Source of the DNA: an uncultured Bacteroidia bacterium
GTDB lineage: Bacteria > Bacteroidota > Bacteroidia > Bacteroidales > UBA932
DNA length: 44,919 nt
Assembly: GCA_902799895.1 (NCBI GenBank)
Contig: CADCCI010000041.1
Span: 1 to 44,919, forward strand
Reading direction: 5' to 3'
Below, one piece after another: positions 19,730-28,649 of this stretch. Each line of letters opens with the position of its first letter. Position 1 is the stretch's first letter. Position numbers and translations under genes: made by a program. Below the pieces are notes generated by a model. That model was not told the origin of the DNA. It saw only the letters and a list, made by a program, of their open reading frames with translations, and did no database searches.

Positions 19730-20654
19730 ATGAAAAAGAACCTGCTTATTGCTGCGGCCCTGCTCATCGGAATGGCCGCATCCGCCCAAAGTTTCGTGTC
19801 TGTTCCCCTTTCGAAAGATACGTTCAAAGCCTCCCACCTGACCCCGCTTCCCAAGGCGAACTATCAGGGTATGGATATCTATAAGAACTATCTTCTCAGC
19901 TGCTGGCACACCGGAATTGCCACCCTGTACACCTTCGATGGGAAGACCGTCACCCAGGTGGCGCACTTTCCCCTGGACAGCCACGACGAGGTGAACCACT
20001 CCAACGTGGTCTCCTTTGGCGTGGAGCGCTTTGCCAAGAAGGATCCCCTGCCCCTGGTGTACATCAGCCAGTGCCACAAGAAACCCTATAAAGGCAATAA
20101 AGACGTGCTCTTCGTTGAGCGTGTCGCGGCCGACCTGCAGTCCACCGAGCTGGTGCAGATGATCCGCTACGACGATGTGAACAACGACTTCGGTTATGCC
20201 CTCCAGTGGGTGGTAGACCGCCAGCACAAGATGCTGTACGGATTCGGCAACACCACCAAGGACAAGGATGTGGAAGGAAACCGCCACCGGATTATCAAGT
20301 TCCGCCTGCCGCGCCTGGCCGATGGCAAGGAGGTGGTCCTCCGCCCGGAAGACGCCCTCGAGAACTATGTCGTGGAAGACTATGGCCTGCGCTATGCCAC
20401 CATCGGCCAGGGCTTGTGCATCTACAAAGGCAAGCTGATGATGCCCACCGGAAGGCAAGCTGATGATGCCCACCGGACTCGGCACCGACAAGTATCCGAG
20501 CTACCTGTTTATCTGGGACCTGCGCAAAAAACAGCCTGTCGAGGTGCTTGACATGAGCATCGGCACCACCGGCGAACTGGAAGACCTCGCCCACTACAAG
20601 GGCCATACATTCATCGTTCAGGGCCAGGACGGCCTCTTCCTCCTTACTTTATGA
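19730..20654 (+). pseudogene. Secreted hypothetical protein, frameshifted by a 25-nt tandem duplication
   Basis: Signal peptide. AAGGCAAGCTGATGATGCCCACCGG is duplicated at 20427-20476; removing one copy joins ORFs 19730 and 20463 into 299 aa whose stop overlaps the next ATG. Confidence 0.8.
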
Positions 20655-21877
20655 GCCAGTCCGAAGCCCAACGCTGCCTGCTTTGCAAGAAACCCTTCTG
20701 CAGCCAGGCCTGCCCCGTCCACACCGACGTCCCTACCTGCATGAGCCTGTACCGCGAGGGACGCATCGAGGAGGCTGCCCAGCGCCTGTTCGCGAACAAC
20801 CCCCTCAGCGCCATCACCTCACAAGTCTGTGACTGGCAGCACCTTTGTTATGGCCACTGCATCCTCAACCGCAAGGGGATTCCGGTCCGGTGGTATGAAA
20901 TTGAACAGGAAATCTCCATGCCCTGGCTGCTCCGTGCCCATATTACGCCCGGGGCCGATAACGGCCGCAGCGTCGCCGTCGTAGGCGGCGGGCCCGTGGG
21001 CATTACGGCCGCCATCAAACTGCGCGAGAAAGGCTATTCCGTGACCGTTTTCGACGACAACGCCCGCCTGGGCGGCGTCCTGCGCTACGGAATCCCCCGC
21101 TTCCGCCTGGGAGAGCAGTTCATCAACGCGTACGAACGCATCTTCGAGGAAGCCGGCATCCGCTTCCAGGGCAATACCTGTATCGGGAAAGACCTTTCCC
21201 TGGCGGAACTGCGCAAGCGCTTCGATGCCATCTGTATCGGCGGCGGCGCCTGGTCGCCCCGGCGGATGCACATCCCCGGCGAGGACAACCCCAAGGTCAT
21301 CTATGCCCTTGAGTATCTGAAGGATCCGGACGCCTTCCAACTGGGCCGCAAGGTCATCGTCATTGGCGGCGGAAATGTCACCATGGACGCCAGCCGCACC
21401 GCGGTGCGAAGGGGACACGACACCTGGGTCTATTACCGCAAGACCTTCGGTAACATGCCGGCCAATTCCATCGAGGTAAGGGCCGCACAGGCCGATGGAG
21501 TGAAGTTTGAACTCTTCCAGGTCCCCGTCGAAGTAAAACAGGACACCCTGGTCATCCGCCGCTGCGAAAATGTTACGGCCGATGACGGCTCGGTCAGCAC
21601 CCGTATGATTGAAGGGACCGATTTTGAAGTCCCCTTCGACAATATGATTGTGGCCATCAGCGAGAATGTCGATTATTCCCTCTTCGGCGATACGATGCCG
21701 GAACTGGACAAGCGGGGACGGATTTTCGTGGATTCCCTCCAGCAGACTTCCCTGCCGGGTGTTTTCCTGGCGGGCGATTTCCTCACCGGACCCGAAACCG
21801 TCGTAGCCGCCGTAGCCTCTGCAAAAACTGCCGTGGAAGGCATCGAGGCTTATTTTATCGGAGCACAACCCTCCTAA
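20651..21877 (+). CDS. GltD/PreT-like NAD(P)-dependent Fe-S flavoprotein
   Basis: RCLLCKKPFCSQACP and VC...CYGHC Fe-S cysteines; VVGGGPVG, GGVLRYGIP, VIGGGNVTMD and AGDFLTGP motifs. Confidence 0.88.
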   Translation: MSQSEAQRCLLCKKPFCSQACPVHTDVPTCMSLYREGRIEEAAQRLFANNPLSAITSQVCDWQHLCYGHCILNRKGIPVRWYEIEQEISMPWLLRAHITPGADNGRSVAVVGGGPVGITAAIKLREKGYSVTVFDDNARLGGVLRYGIPRFRLGEQFINAYERIFEEAGIRFQGNTCIGKDLSLAELRKRFDAICIGGGAWSPRRMHIPGEDNPKVIYALEYLKDPDAFQLGRKVIVIGGGNVTMDASRTAVRRGHDTWVYYRKTFGNMPANSIEVRAAQADGVKFELFQVPVEVKQDTLVIRRCENVTADDGSVSTRMIEGTDFEVPFDNMIVAISENVDYSLFGDTMPELDKRGRIFVDSLQQTSLPGVFLAGDFLTGPETVVAAVASAKTAVEGIEAYFIGAQPS

Positions 21878-21900
21878 CACACTAACCAATAACCAATAGT

Positions 21901-22917
21901 ATGAGATTTGGAATTATCGGAACGGGCCGTATCAGTGAATGGGTACTCAAAGGTGCCTTTTACGACCCCCGTTTCACAGCCGTCGCCGTCTGTTCCCGTA
22001 CGGAAGAGAAGGCCAAGTTGTTTGCCAACCAGTTTGGCATTCCCTTGACATTCACCTCGGTAGAGGAACTGGCCGCGTGCCCGAACGTAGACGCGGTCTA
22101 TATCGGCACACCCAACAGCACGCACGCGCAGATGGCCATCACCTGCATGGAGCACGGCAAGCACGTGCTGGTGGAGAAGCCTTTCGCCGCCAACGCCCGC
22201 GAGGCACGGGAGATGGCCGAATGTGCCCGCCGCAACGGCGTGGTCCTCATGGAAGCCATGATTTCCACGCTCAGCAACAACTTCCGGGAGGTCCTGAACC
22301 GCCTCCCCTCACTCGGTGAGATCCGGGGCTGGTCCTCCACCTTCTGCCAGTACTCCAAGAAATTCGAGCTCCTGCGCGACGGCGTCCTGGCCACCTCGTT
22401 CAATCCGGTCTTCGCCGGCGGCGCCACCATGGACATCGGCATCTATACCATCTACCCGATGGTGGTGCTGTTCGGCATGCCCACATCGGTCGATGCCCAC
22501 CTGCTCACCCTGCCGGTTCCGGAAACCGGCGAACCCATTGATTATCAGGGAACGGTCATGTTCGAATATCCCGGCATGAGCGCCTCGGTCCATTATTCCA
22601 AGGCCATCGACTCCTTCCTGCCCACGGAAATCCGCGGCACCGAGGCCAATATCATCCTAGACCGCATCCATATTTGCCGGAAACTTAAATTTGCCCCCTA
22701 CCACGAGCCCACCTCGGGCCGCCTGCCCCTGCCCAAGCCCCAGAAAATCACCAAGCCCCTGGAACCCGACCCGTACCTGAGCGAGTTCACGGAGTTCATG
22801 GATGTGGTGTATTCGGGACGGAGTGAATCGGATATCAATTCACTGGACAATTCCGTGGCGGTCATGGAGATTCTGGACGAGATCCGCCGGCAGGGCGGAC
22901 TGACCATCGAACGTTAG
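21901..22917 (+). CDS. Gfo/Idh/MocA family NAD(P)-dependent oxidoreductase
   Basis: GIIGTGRI, VYIGTPNSTH, GKHVLVEKP and GGATMDIGIY motifs. Confidence 0.92.
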   Translation: MRFGIIGTGRISEWVLKGAFYDPRFTAVAVCSRTEEKAKLFANQFGIPLTFTSVEELAACPNVDAVYIGTPNSTHAQMAITCMEHGKHVLVEKPFAANAREAREMAECARRNGVVLMEAMISTLSNNFREVLNRLPSLGEIRGWSSTFCQYSKKFELLRDGVLATSFNPVFAGGATMDIGIYTIYPMVVLFGMPTSVDAHLLTLPVPETGEPIDYQGTVMFEYPGMSASVHYSKAIDSFLPTEIRGTEANIILDRIHICRKLKFAPYHEPTSGRLPLPKPQKITKPLEPDPYLSEFTEFMDVVYSGRSESDINSLDNSVAVMEILDEIRRQGGLTIER

Positions 22918-24143
22918 TTCATCCGTTTACCGTGGCAATGCCTGTATGACAGGCCGCTTCCGCACGGGCAGGGGTCGTCCGGGTGGATGTGGGGTACCAC
23001 AATCTTATCCAGATAGGCCTGCATCTGGGTGGACGCATGCGGAAGATGGAAGCGTCCGCGGGCGAATTCCGTGGCTTCCGGGACCGGATCCTCGTAGGAG
23101 GCGGCCTCGCTCATATCGGCCCGGATATCCACCTTCAGCACATCCAGTTCCTCGGAGGACCAGCCTTTCAGGATCCATTTCGGGATGGCGTTGGCATAGT
23201 CTGCCACCACGTGCATACACTGATCGTATTCCTCGAAGGAGTACATATCCTCGGCCCGTTCATTCACTCCGGCGAACAGGTCCTTGGCGCTTTCGTCCAG
23301 CTGGGCGGTCTGGGCGTTGAACCAGGCCTCGTGCTGTTCCATCACCAATTCATCCCCGTTTACGCCCAGCGAGCGGAACATTTCCGTAAGTTTCTTTCCA
23401 CAAGGCTGTTCCAGCCCGAAAGAGACCATTTCCGTCCGCTGCCCCATCTGCAAGGCATCCTCGGGTCGGAAGGACTTGTAATCCTTTGCATCGGGATATT
23501 CCTCGCGCATATCCAGCAGGGCCGCCGGATCGAACACATACGGCGAGCAGACGTATATCGTCCCGGATTTCGGATCTTCGTACCGGCACGTACGCAGGAC
23601 GGGGCTGTCGGCCAGCATATCCATAACGGGCCGGTAGTCCCGGATGCCCTTCCAGTCACAGTAGTCCAGGATGCATTCGGTAAAGAAATCGAACGGTACC
23701 ATCCCGTAGAGATGCAGATAGCCCAGCGTGACCTGTTCCAGCTCATACTGGCCCTTTTCTTCGCAGGCTTCGTACACGGCCTTCACGTGGGGACGGACAA
23801 TGGAAAACAGTTCCGGGCTGATCCACAGCTCGCGGCTGTCAAGGTCGGCCGAATCGCTCTGCACCAGGCCCAGCACCTCCAGCACCGACGGATTGTCGGG
23901 ATACGGAATCAGGATGTGCTCGCCCGGCGCCTGCGCACACAGACGCTTCAACTGGAGGATATCCCGTTGCAGCATCCGGGAAAGCCATTCGCGGGGATGG
24001 CTCCCGATATAGGCATACAGGCTATCGACCAGTGTCTGTTTCAAGGAAATGCGCGGAACCGGGGCACCGAAATAATAGAGGATGTCCACCAGGTCGGCTT
24101 TCTTGAAATTGCTCAAGGTCTTATGCAGGCTGTCCGTTTTCAT
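22914..24143 (-). CDS. SEC-C (Zn-binding) motif domain protein
   Basis: C-terminal HPDDPCPCGSGLSYRHCHG; start set at ATG 24143 after the TAACTTTG promoter element. Confidence 0.8.
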   Translation of the reverse strand: MKTDSLHKTLSNFKKADLVDILYYFGAPVPRISLKQTLVDSLYAYIGSHPREWLSRMLQRDILQLKRLCAQAPGEHILIPYPDNPSVLEVLGLVQSDSADLDSRELWISPELFSIVRPHVKAVYEACEEKGQYELEQVTLGYLHLYGMVPFDFFTECILDYCDWKGIRDYRPVMDMLADSPVLRTCRYEDPKSGTIYVCSPYVFDPAALLDMREEYPDAKDYKSFRPEDALQMGQRTEMVSFGLEQPCGKKLTEMFRSLGVNGDELVMEQHEAWFNAQTAQLDESAKDLFAGVNERAEDMYSFEEYDQCMHVVADYANAIPKWILKGWSSEELDVLKVDIRADMSEAASYEDPVPEATEFARGRFHLPHASTQMQAYLDKIVVPHIHPDDPCPCGSGLSYRHCHGKRMN

Positions 24144-24151
24144 CAGGGCTG

Positions 24152-24179
24152 CAAAGTTACGCAAAAAAACGTATATTTG
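24152..24179. promoter_or_regulatory. Bidirectional promoter pair (SEC-C gene / small lipoprotein ORF)
   Basis: CAAAGTTA (24152-24159), 12 nt, TATATTTG (24172-24179); the ATGs follow 8 nt and 5 nt downstream. Confidence 0.7.
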
Positions 24180-24184
24180 TCGAT

Positions 24185-24301
24185 ATGAAACCCAACTCTT
24201 TCCTGAAATATTCCCTGGGGCTGGCTTTTGCCGCCACCAGTTGCTGGCGTTCCGATGCCCGTCATCCGATCGACGCAGACCTGCGTTCCCTGGCCCGATG
24301 A
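24185..24301 (+). CDS. 38-aa lipoprotein-like small ORF or truncated gene remnant
   Basis: MKPNSFLKYSLGLAFAATSCWRSDARHPIDADLRSLAR; lipobox-like ATSC at Cys20; directly after a consensus promoter; below the ORF-track cutoff. Confidence 0.5.
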   Translation: MKPNSFLKYSLGLAFAATSCWRSDARHPIDADLRSLAR

Positions 24302-24310
24302 AGTCCTCCG

Positions 24311-25786
24311 CTAAACTGCCGCGTCGCCGAACTTGAGAATCGGCTGGCGGGCCGCCCGCGTCTCATCGGGCCGGCGGACCGGCGTCGTGTGCGGAGCTTC
24401 CTGCAGGATCGTGGGATCCTGGGCTGCCTCGGCCGCAATCTTGTGCATGACCTCGATAAAGGCGTCCATCGTCTCTTTCGACTCCGTTTCCGTGGGCTCA
24501 ATCATGATGGCCTGGTGGAACAGGAGCGGGAAATAGATGGTGGGCGCATGGAAACCGAAGTCCAGCAACCGTTTGGCAACATCCAGCGTCGTGGCGCCGT
24601 GCACCTCGTCGTGCGCGCCGTCGTTGATGAGGCCGTCAAAGACGAATTCGTGCTTGCACACCGTGGGGATGGGCAGCTTGTAGGCGTCTTTCAGGCTCTC
24701 CTTGATATAGTTGGCACCCAGCACAGACAGTTTGCCTGCCAGCTTGATGTTCTCCTTTCCAAGGGCCAGAATGTAGGCATAAGCCCGGAGGATAATGCCG
24801 AAATTGCCCAGGAAACCGGACACCTGGCCGGCCGTCTTTTCAGACGCGCCCACCACCTGAAAGGTTCCATCCGAGGAACGGACCACCTTCGGGACCGGGA
24901 TGATGTCGGCCAGACGGGCGGCCACGCCCACCGGACCGCTGCCGGGACCGCCTCCGCCATGGGGCGTGGAGAAGGTCTTGTGCAGGTTCAGGTGCATGAT
25001 ATCAAAGCCCATGTCGCCCGGACGGACCACCCCCAGCATCGGGTTCATATTGGCTCCGTCGTAATAGAGCAGACCGCCGCAGGCGTGTACCAGCGAGGCA
25101 ATCTCCACAATCTCCTTCTCGAAGAGACCGAGGGTGTTCGGGTTGGTCATCATGATGCCGGCGATGGTATCGTCCAGCAGGGGTTTCAGGTCGTTCACAT
25201 CCACCAGTCCTTCCGGCGTGGATTTAACCACCACCACCTCCAGGCCGCAAACGGCCGCACTCGCGGGATTGGTGCCGTGGGCACTGTCCGGGACGATGAC
25301 GCGCGTGCGCTTGACATCGCCGCGCAGCAGGTGGTACTGCCGCATGATCATCAGACCGGTCAGTTCACCGTGCGCACCCGCACAGGGGTTGAAGGTAAAG
25401 AGGGACATGCCCGTAATGGCCGCCAGGGCCTTGTTCATCTCGTAATAAACCTCCAGGGCGCCCTGGACCGAGCAGGCGGGCTGCAGCGGATGCAGGCGCT
25501 GGAAACCGGGCATGGCGGCGATTTCTTCGTTGATCTTGGGGTTGTACTTCATGGTACAACTGCCCAGCGGATAGAAACCGGTGTCCACGCCGAAGTTCAT
25601 CTGCGAAAGATTGGTATAATGGCGCACCACATCCACCTCCGACACTTGCGGCAAGGCGGCGGGGGTACTGCGCCGGAGCGCTGCGGGAAGCGTTTCCGCC
25701 CCTTTGCTCCACGGATTCGCCGGAAGCGAATAGCCGGTCCTTCCCTCCCGGGAAAGCTCGAATACCAGTTTATCGTAATATTTCAT
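24311..25786 (-). CDS. gcvPB: Glycine dehydrogenase (decarboxylating) subunit 2
   Basis: FYPLGSCTMKYNP, SAHGTNPASA, HLNLHKTFSTPHGGGGPG (PLP Lys) and IEPTETESK motifs. Confidence 0.96.
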   Translation of the reverse strand: MKYYDKLVFELSREGRTGYSLPANPWSKGAETLPAALRRSTPAALPQVSEVDVVRHYTNLSQMNFGVDTGFYPLGSCTMKYNPKINEEIAAMPGFQRLHPLQPACSVQGALEVYYEMNKALAAITGMSLFTFNPCAGAHGELTGLMIMRQYHLLRGDVKRTRVIVPDSAHGTNPASAAVCGLEVVVVKSTPEGLVDVNDLKPLLDDTIAGIMMTNPNTLGLFEKEIVEIASLVHACGGLLYYDGANMNPMLGVVRPGDMGFDIMHLNLHKTFSTPHGGGGPGSGPVGVAARLADIIPVPKVVRSSDGTFQVVGASEKTAGQVSGFLGNFGIILRAYAYILALGKENIKLAGKLSVLGANYIKESLKDAYKLPIPTVCKHEFVFDGLINDGAHDEVHGATTLDVAKRLLDFGFHAPTIYFPLLFHQAIMIEPTETESKETMDAFIEVMHKIAAEAAQDPTILQEAPHTTPVRRPDETRAARQPILKFGDAAV

Positions 25787-25788
25787 GG

Positions 25789-27114
25789 CTATACCTCCTT
25801 CACAGCTTCCACCAGGGCGTCGATTTCGGCCTTGGTGCGTTTTTCGGTTACACAGAAACTCACATAGCCTTCTTCCGTCTGCAAGGCGGCAAAAAAGCCT
25901 TTCTCCAGCAGCTTGGCCTGCAGTTTGGCAGGATCCACCAGCGGTTTCAGCACAAACTCCTTCAGGAAGGGTTTGTCGAACACCGGCTGGAACCTACCCG
26001 TTGCCAGCAAGGCGTCGTCCAGGTAATGGGCACCGGCATAGGAGAGGTCATTCACCTGCTGCATGCCCTTGGGACCCATCAGCGAGAGGTAGACCGTAGC
26101 CCAGAGCGCCATGAGGCTCTCGTTGGAGCAGATGTTGCTGGTGGCCTTTTCGCGGCGGATATGCTGCTCGCGCGCCTGTAGGGTAAGCACGAAGGCCCGC
26201 TTTCCGTCACGGTCTTCGGTCTGACCCACAATACGGCCGGGCAGTTTGCGCAGATACTCCGTCTTGCAGGCCATGAAGCCCACGTACGGACCGCCGAAAT
26301 TCAGCGGAATGCCCAGGGACTGGCCGTCGCCCACGGCAATGTCGGCCCCCCACTCGGCAGGGCTTTTCACCACCGCCAGGGCACTGGGGTCGCAACTCTG
26401 GACCAACACGGCTTTCTGCTCGTGCAGGGCATCGGCAAATCCGGTCAGGTCCTCCACGATACCGTAACGGTTCACGGACGGGACGATGGCACCCGCCACA
26501 TCACCCGCGGCAAGGGCCTCCTGCAAATCGGCCAGGGAGGTCTGCCCGCTCTCGGCGGAAAGGTATCCCAGGTCTATCCCGGCATATTTCGCATAGGTTT
26601 CAACTACGTGCAGCACGTTGGGCAGCAAGGCCTTGGAAAGCAGGACGCGGTTCTTTTTCTTGGCACTGGCCACGGCCATCTTCATGGCTTCCGCCGCAGC
26701 GGTAGGGCCGTCGTACATGGACGCGTTGCTCACATCCAATCCCGTCAGGGTGCAAATCATGCTCTGGTACTCGAAGATGTACCGGAGCGTACCCTGGGAA
26801 ATCTCGCACTGATAAGGCGTATAGGCCGTCAGGAACTCGGAACGGGATGTAATGTAGGGAATGACCGAGGGCGTATAATGGTCATAGGCCCCGGCTCCCA
26901 CAAAGACCTTCAAGGGTACGTCCTTCGCGTCGAGCGAAGCGAACCAGTCGCGCACCTCCTGCTCGGACAGGGCCGAGGGAAGGTCGTACTCCCCTTTGTA
27001 TTTTACACCGTCAGGCACATCGGAGTAGAGGTCGTCCAGCGACCCCACGCCAATCCGCTGTAGCATCTGACGGATGTCCTCCTCCGTATGGGGGAAATAG
27101 GCAAATCCGGCCAT
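25789..27114 (-). CDS. gcvPA: Glycine dehydrogenase (decarboxylating) subunit 1
   Basis: FLTAYTPYQCEISQG, SNASMYDG and LQAREQHIRREKATSNICSN motifs. Confidence 0.96.
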   Translation of the reverse strand: MAGFAYFPHTEEDIRQMLQRIGVGSLDDLYSDVPDGVKYKGEYDLPSALSEQEVRDWFASLDAKDVPLKVFVGAGAYDHYTPSVIPYITSRSEFLTAYTPYQCEISQGTLRYIFEYQSMICTLTGLDVSNASMYDGPTAAAEAMKMAVASAKKKNRVLLSKALLPNVLHVVETYAKYAGIDLGYLSAESGQTSLADLQEALAAGDVAGAIVPSVNRYGIVEDLTGFADALHEQKAVLVQSCDPSALAVVKSPAEWGADIAVGDGQSLGIPLNFGGPYVGFMACKTEYLRKLPGRIVGQTEDRDGKRAFVLTLQAREQHIRREKATSNICSNESLMALWATVYLSLMGPKGMQQVNDLSYAGAHYLDDALLATGRFQPVFDKPFLKEFVLKPLVDPAKLQAKLLEKGFFAALQTEEGYVSFCVTEKRTKAEIDALVEAVKEV

Positions 27115-27120
27115 AGGAGC

Positions 27121-27501
27121 TTATTCGTTGATCGTTGCTTTATAGGCGGCCGCATCCAGCAGGGCGTCCACTTCGGCGGGATCGCTCATTTCTACCTTGA
27201 TCAGCCAGTTGGCATAGGCATCCTCGTTCACCAGTTCGGGGCTGTCTTCCAGGGCGGCGTTCACCTCCACCACCTTACCGGAAACCGGGGCGTAGAGTTC
27301 GCTGGAAGCCTTCACGCTCTCCAGGGCGCCGAATTCCTCACCGGCAGCCACCTCGTCGTCCACCTCGGGCAGGTCTACATAGGTGATGTCACCCATTTCG
27401 GCCTGTGCGAAATCCGATACACCAACGACGGCGATGCCGCCTTCCACCTTGACCCATTCGTGCGATTCGCTATAACGCAAACCTTCAAGTACTTTGCTCA
27501 T
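27121..27501 (-). CDS. gcvH: Glycine cleavage system H protein
   Basis: YSESHEWV and lipoyl-Lys motif ESVKA; YAPVSG. Confidence 0.97.
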   Translation of the reverse strand: MSKVLEGLRYSESHEWVKVEGGIAVVGVSDFAQAEMGDITYVDLPEVDDEVAAGEEFGALESVKASSELYAPVSGKVVEVNAALEDSPELVNEDAYANWLIKVEMSDPAEVDALLDAAAYKATINE

Positions 27502-27521
27502 AATGATTGCTATTTAATTGT

Positions 27522-28607
27522 TTACTTTTTATAATTCGTCTGATAGAAACGTTTCTTGACCACTTTTCCGGGGAAGACTTTCTTGCGGATACGGATCCAC
27601 AGCGGCGTGTCCAGGGCGCTGACCTGTGTCTTCACCAGGGCGAAGCAGATGCTCTTGTCCAGCGAGATGGAATGATAACCCGTGGTAACCACGCCCACCT
27701 CCGTACCGTCTTCCAGTTCCACCGGATAACCGGCACGCGGGATGGCCTTGTCTTCAATCTCGATACCCACCAGTTTCTTCTTCGTTCCGTCCGCCTTCTG
27801 GGCAGCCAGGGCATCCCGGCCGATAAAGTCTTTGTCCAGTTTGCAGAACATACCCAGGCCGGCTTCCACCGGGGAAATCTCGGCGCTGAGTTCATCGCCG
27901 TACAGGGGCAGGCCCGCCTCGAAGCGCAGGGTGTCGCGGCAACCCAGGCCGCAGGGCTCCACGCCCGCATCCAAGAGCTTCTGCCACAGGGCCTTTGTCT
28001 CGGCGATGCCGGAGTAAACCTCGAAGCCATCCTCTCCGGTATAACCGGTCCGGCTCACAATCAGGTTCCCCTCGCGATAATAGGTATAGAAGGTAAGGTC
28101 GGCCGCCTTGGGGAAGCCCAGTTTCACCAGGGTTTCCTCTGCCTTCGGTCCCTGGACGGCAATCTGGCCCCAGACATCGCTCTGGTTATCCACCTGCACG
28201 TCGAACCCGGCCTTCTGCTCCAGCATCCAGGCATAATCCTTGTCGATATTGGCCGCGTTAACCACCAGCAGGTAGTGGTTTTCCGCAGCCTCACGGTACA
28301 CCAGCAGGTCGTCCACCACCCCACCGTCGGGATAGCACATCATGCCGTACAGGATCTTGCCGGGCTCCATACCGGCCACCTGGTTCGTAAAGATATGGTT
28401 TACAAACGCTTCTGCATCAGGGCCCGAAACAAAGATTTCGCCCATGTGCGACACGTCGAACATTCCCACATTCTGCCGGACGGCCAGATGCTCCTGCGTA
28501 ATGCCGGCATACTGGATGGGCATGTCGAACCCGGCGAAGGGGCTCATTTTGGCGCCAAGGGCCACGTGGCTGTCATGCAGACAGGTAACTTTCAGATTCT
28601 CTTCCAT
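27522..28607 (-). CDS. gcvT: Glycine cleavage system aminomethyltransferase T
   Basis: FAGFDMPIQY, MFDVSHMGE, SRTGYTGEDGFE and GLGCRDTLRFEAG motifs. Confidence 0.97.
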   Translation of the reverse strand: MEENLKVTCLHDSHVALGAKMSPFAGFDMPIQYAGITQEHLAVRQNVGMFDVSHMGEIFVSGPDAEAFVNHIFTNQVAGMEPGKILYGMMCYPDGGVVDDLLVYREAAENHYLLVVNAANIDKDYAWMLEQKAGFDVQVDNQSDVWGQIAVQGPKAEETLVKLGFPKAADLTFYTYYREGNLIVSRTGYTGEDGFEVYSGIAETKALWQKLLDAGVEPCGLGCRDTLRFEAGLPLYGDELSAEISPVEAGLGMFCKLDKDFIGRDALAAQKADGTKKKLVGIEIEDKAIPRAGYPVELEDGTEVGVVTTGYHSISLDKSICFALVKTQVSALDTPLWIRIRKKVFPGKVVKKRFYQTNYKK

Positions 28608-28649
28608 TTATTTATTTTATAATCAATTATTTGCGTTTTCTTATCTAAA

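Noticed and set aside
19440-20480. Programmed ribosomal frameshifting in the EEP and secreted-protein genes
   Set aside because: No slippery heptamer is present; exact tandem duplications fully explain both frame changes.
21884-21899. TAACCAA x2 in the gap before the Gfo/Idh/MocA gene
   Set aside because: Only two units in an A-rich leader; too short to distinguish from chance.
28608-28649. Glycine riboswitch upstream of gcvT
   Set aside because: The gap is only 42 nt, AT-rich, and lacks aptamer-like stems.
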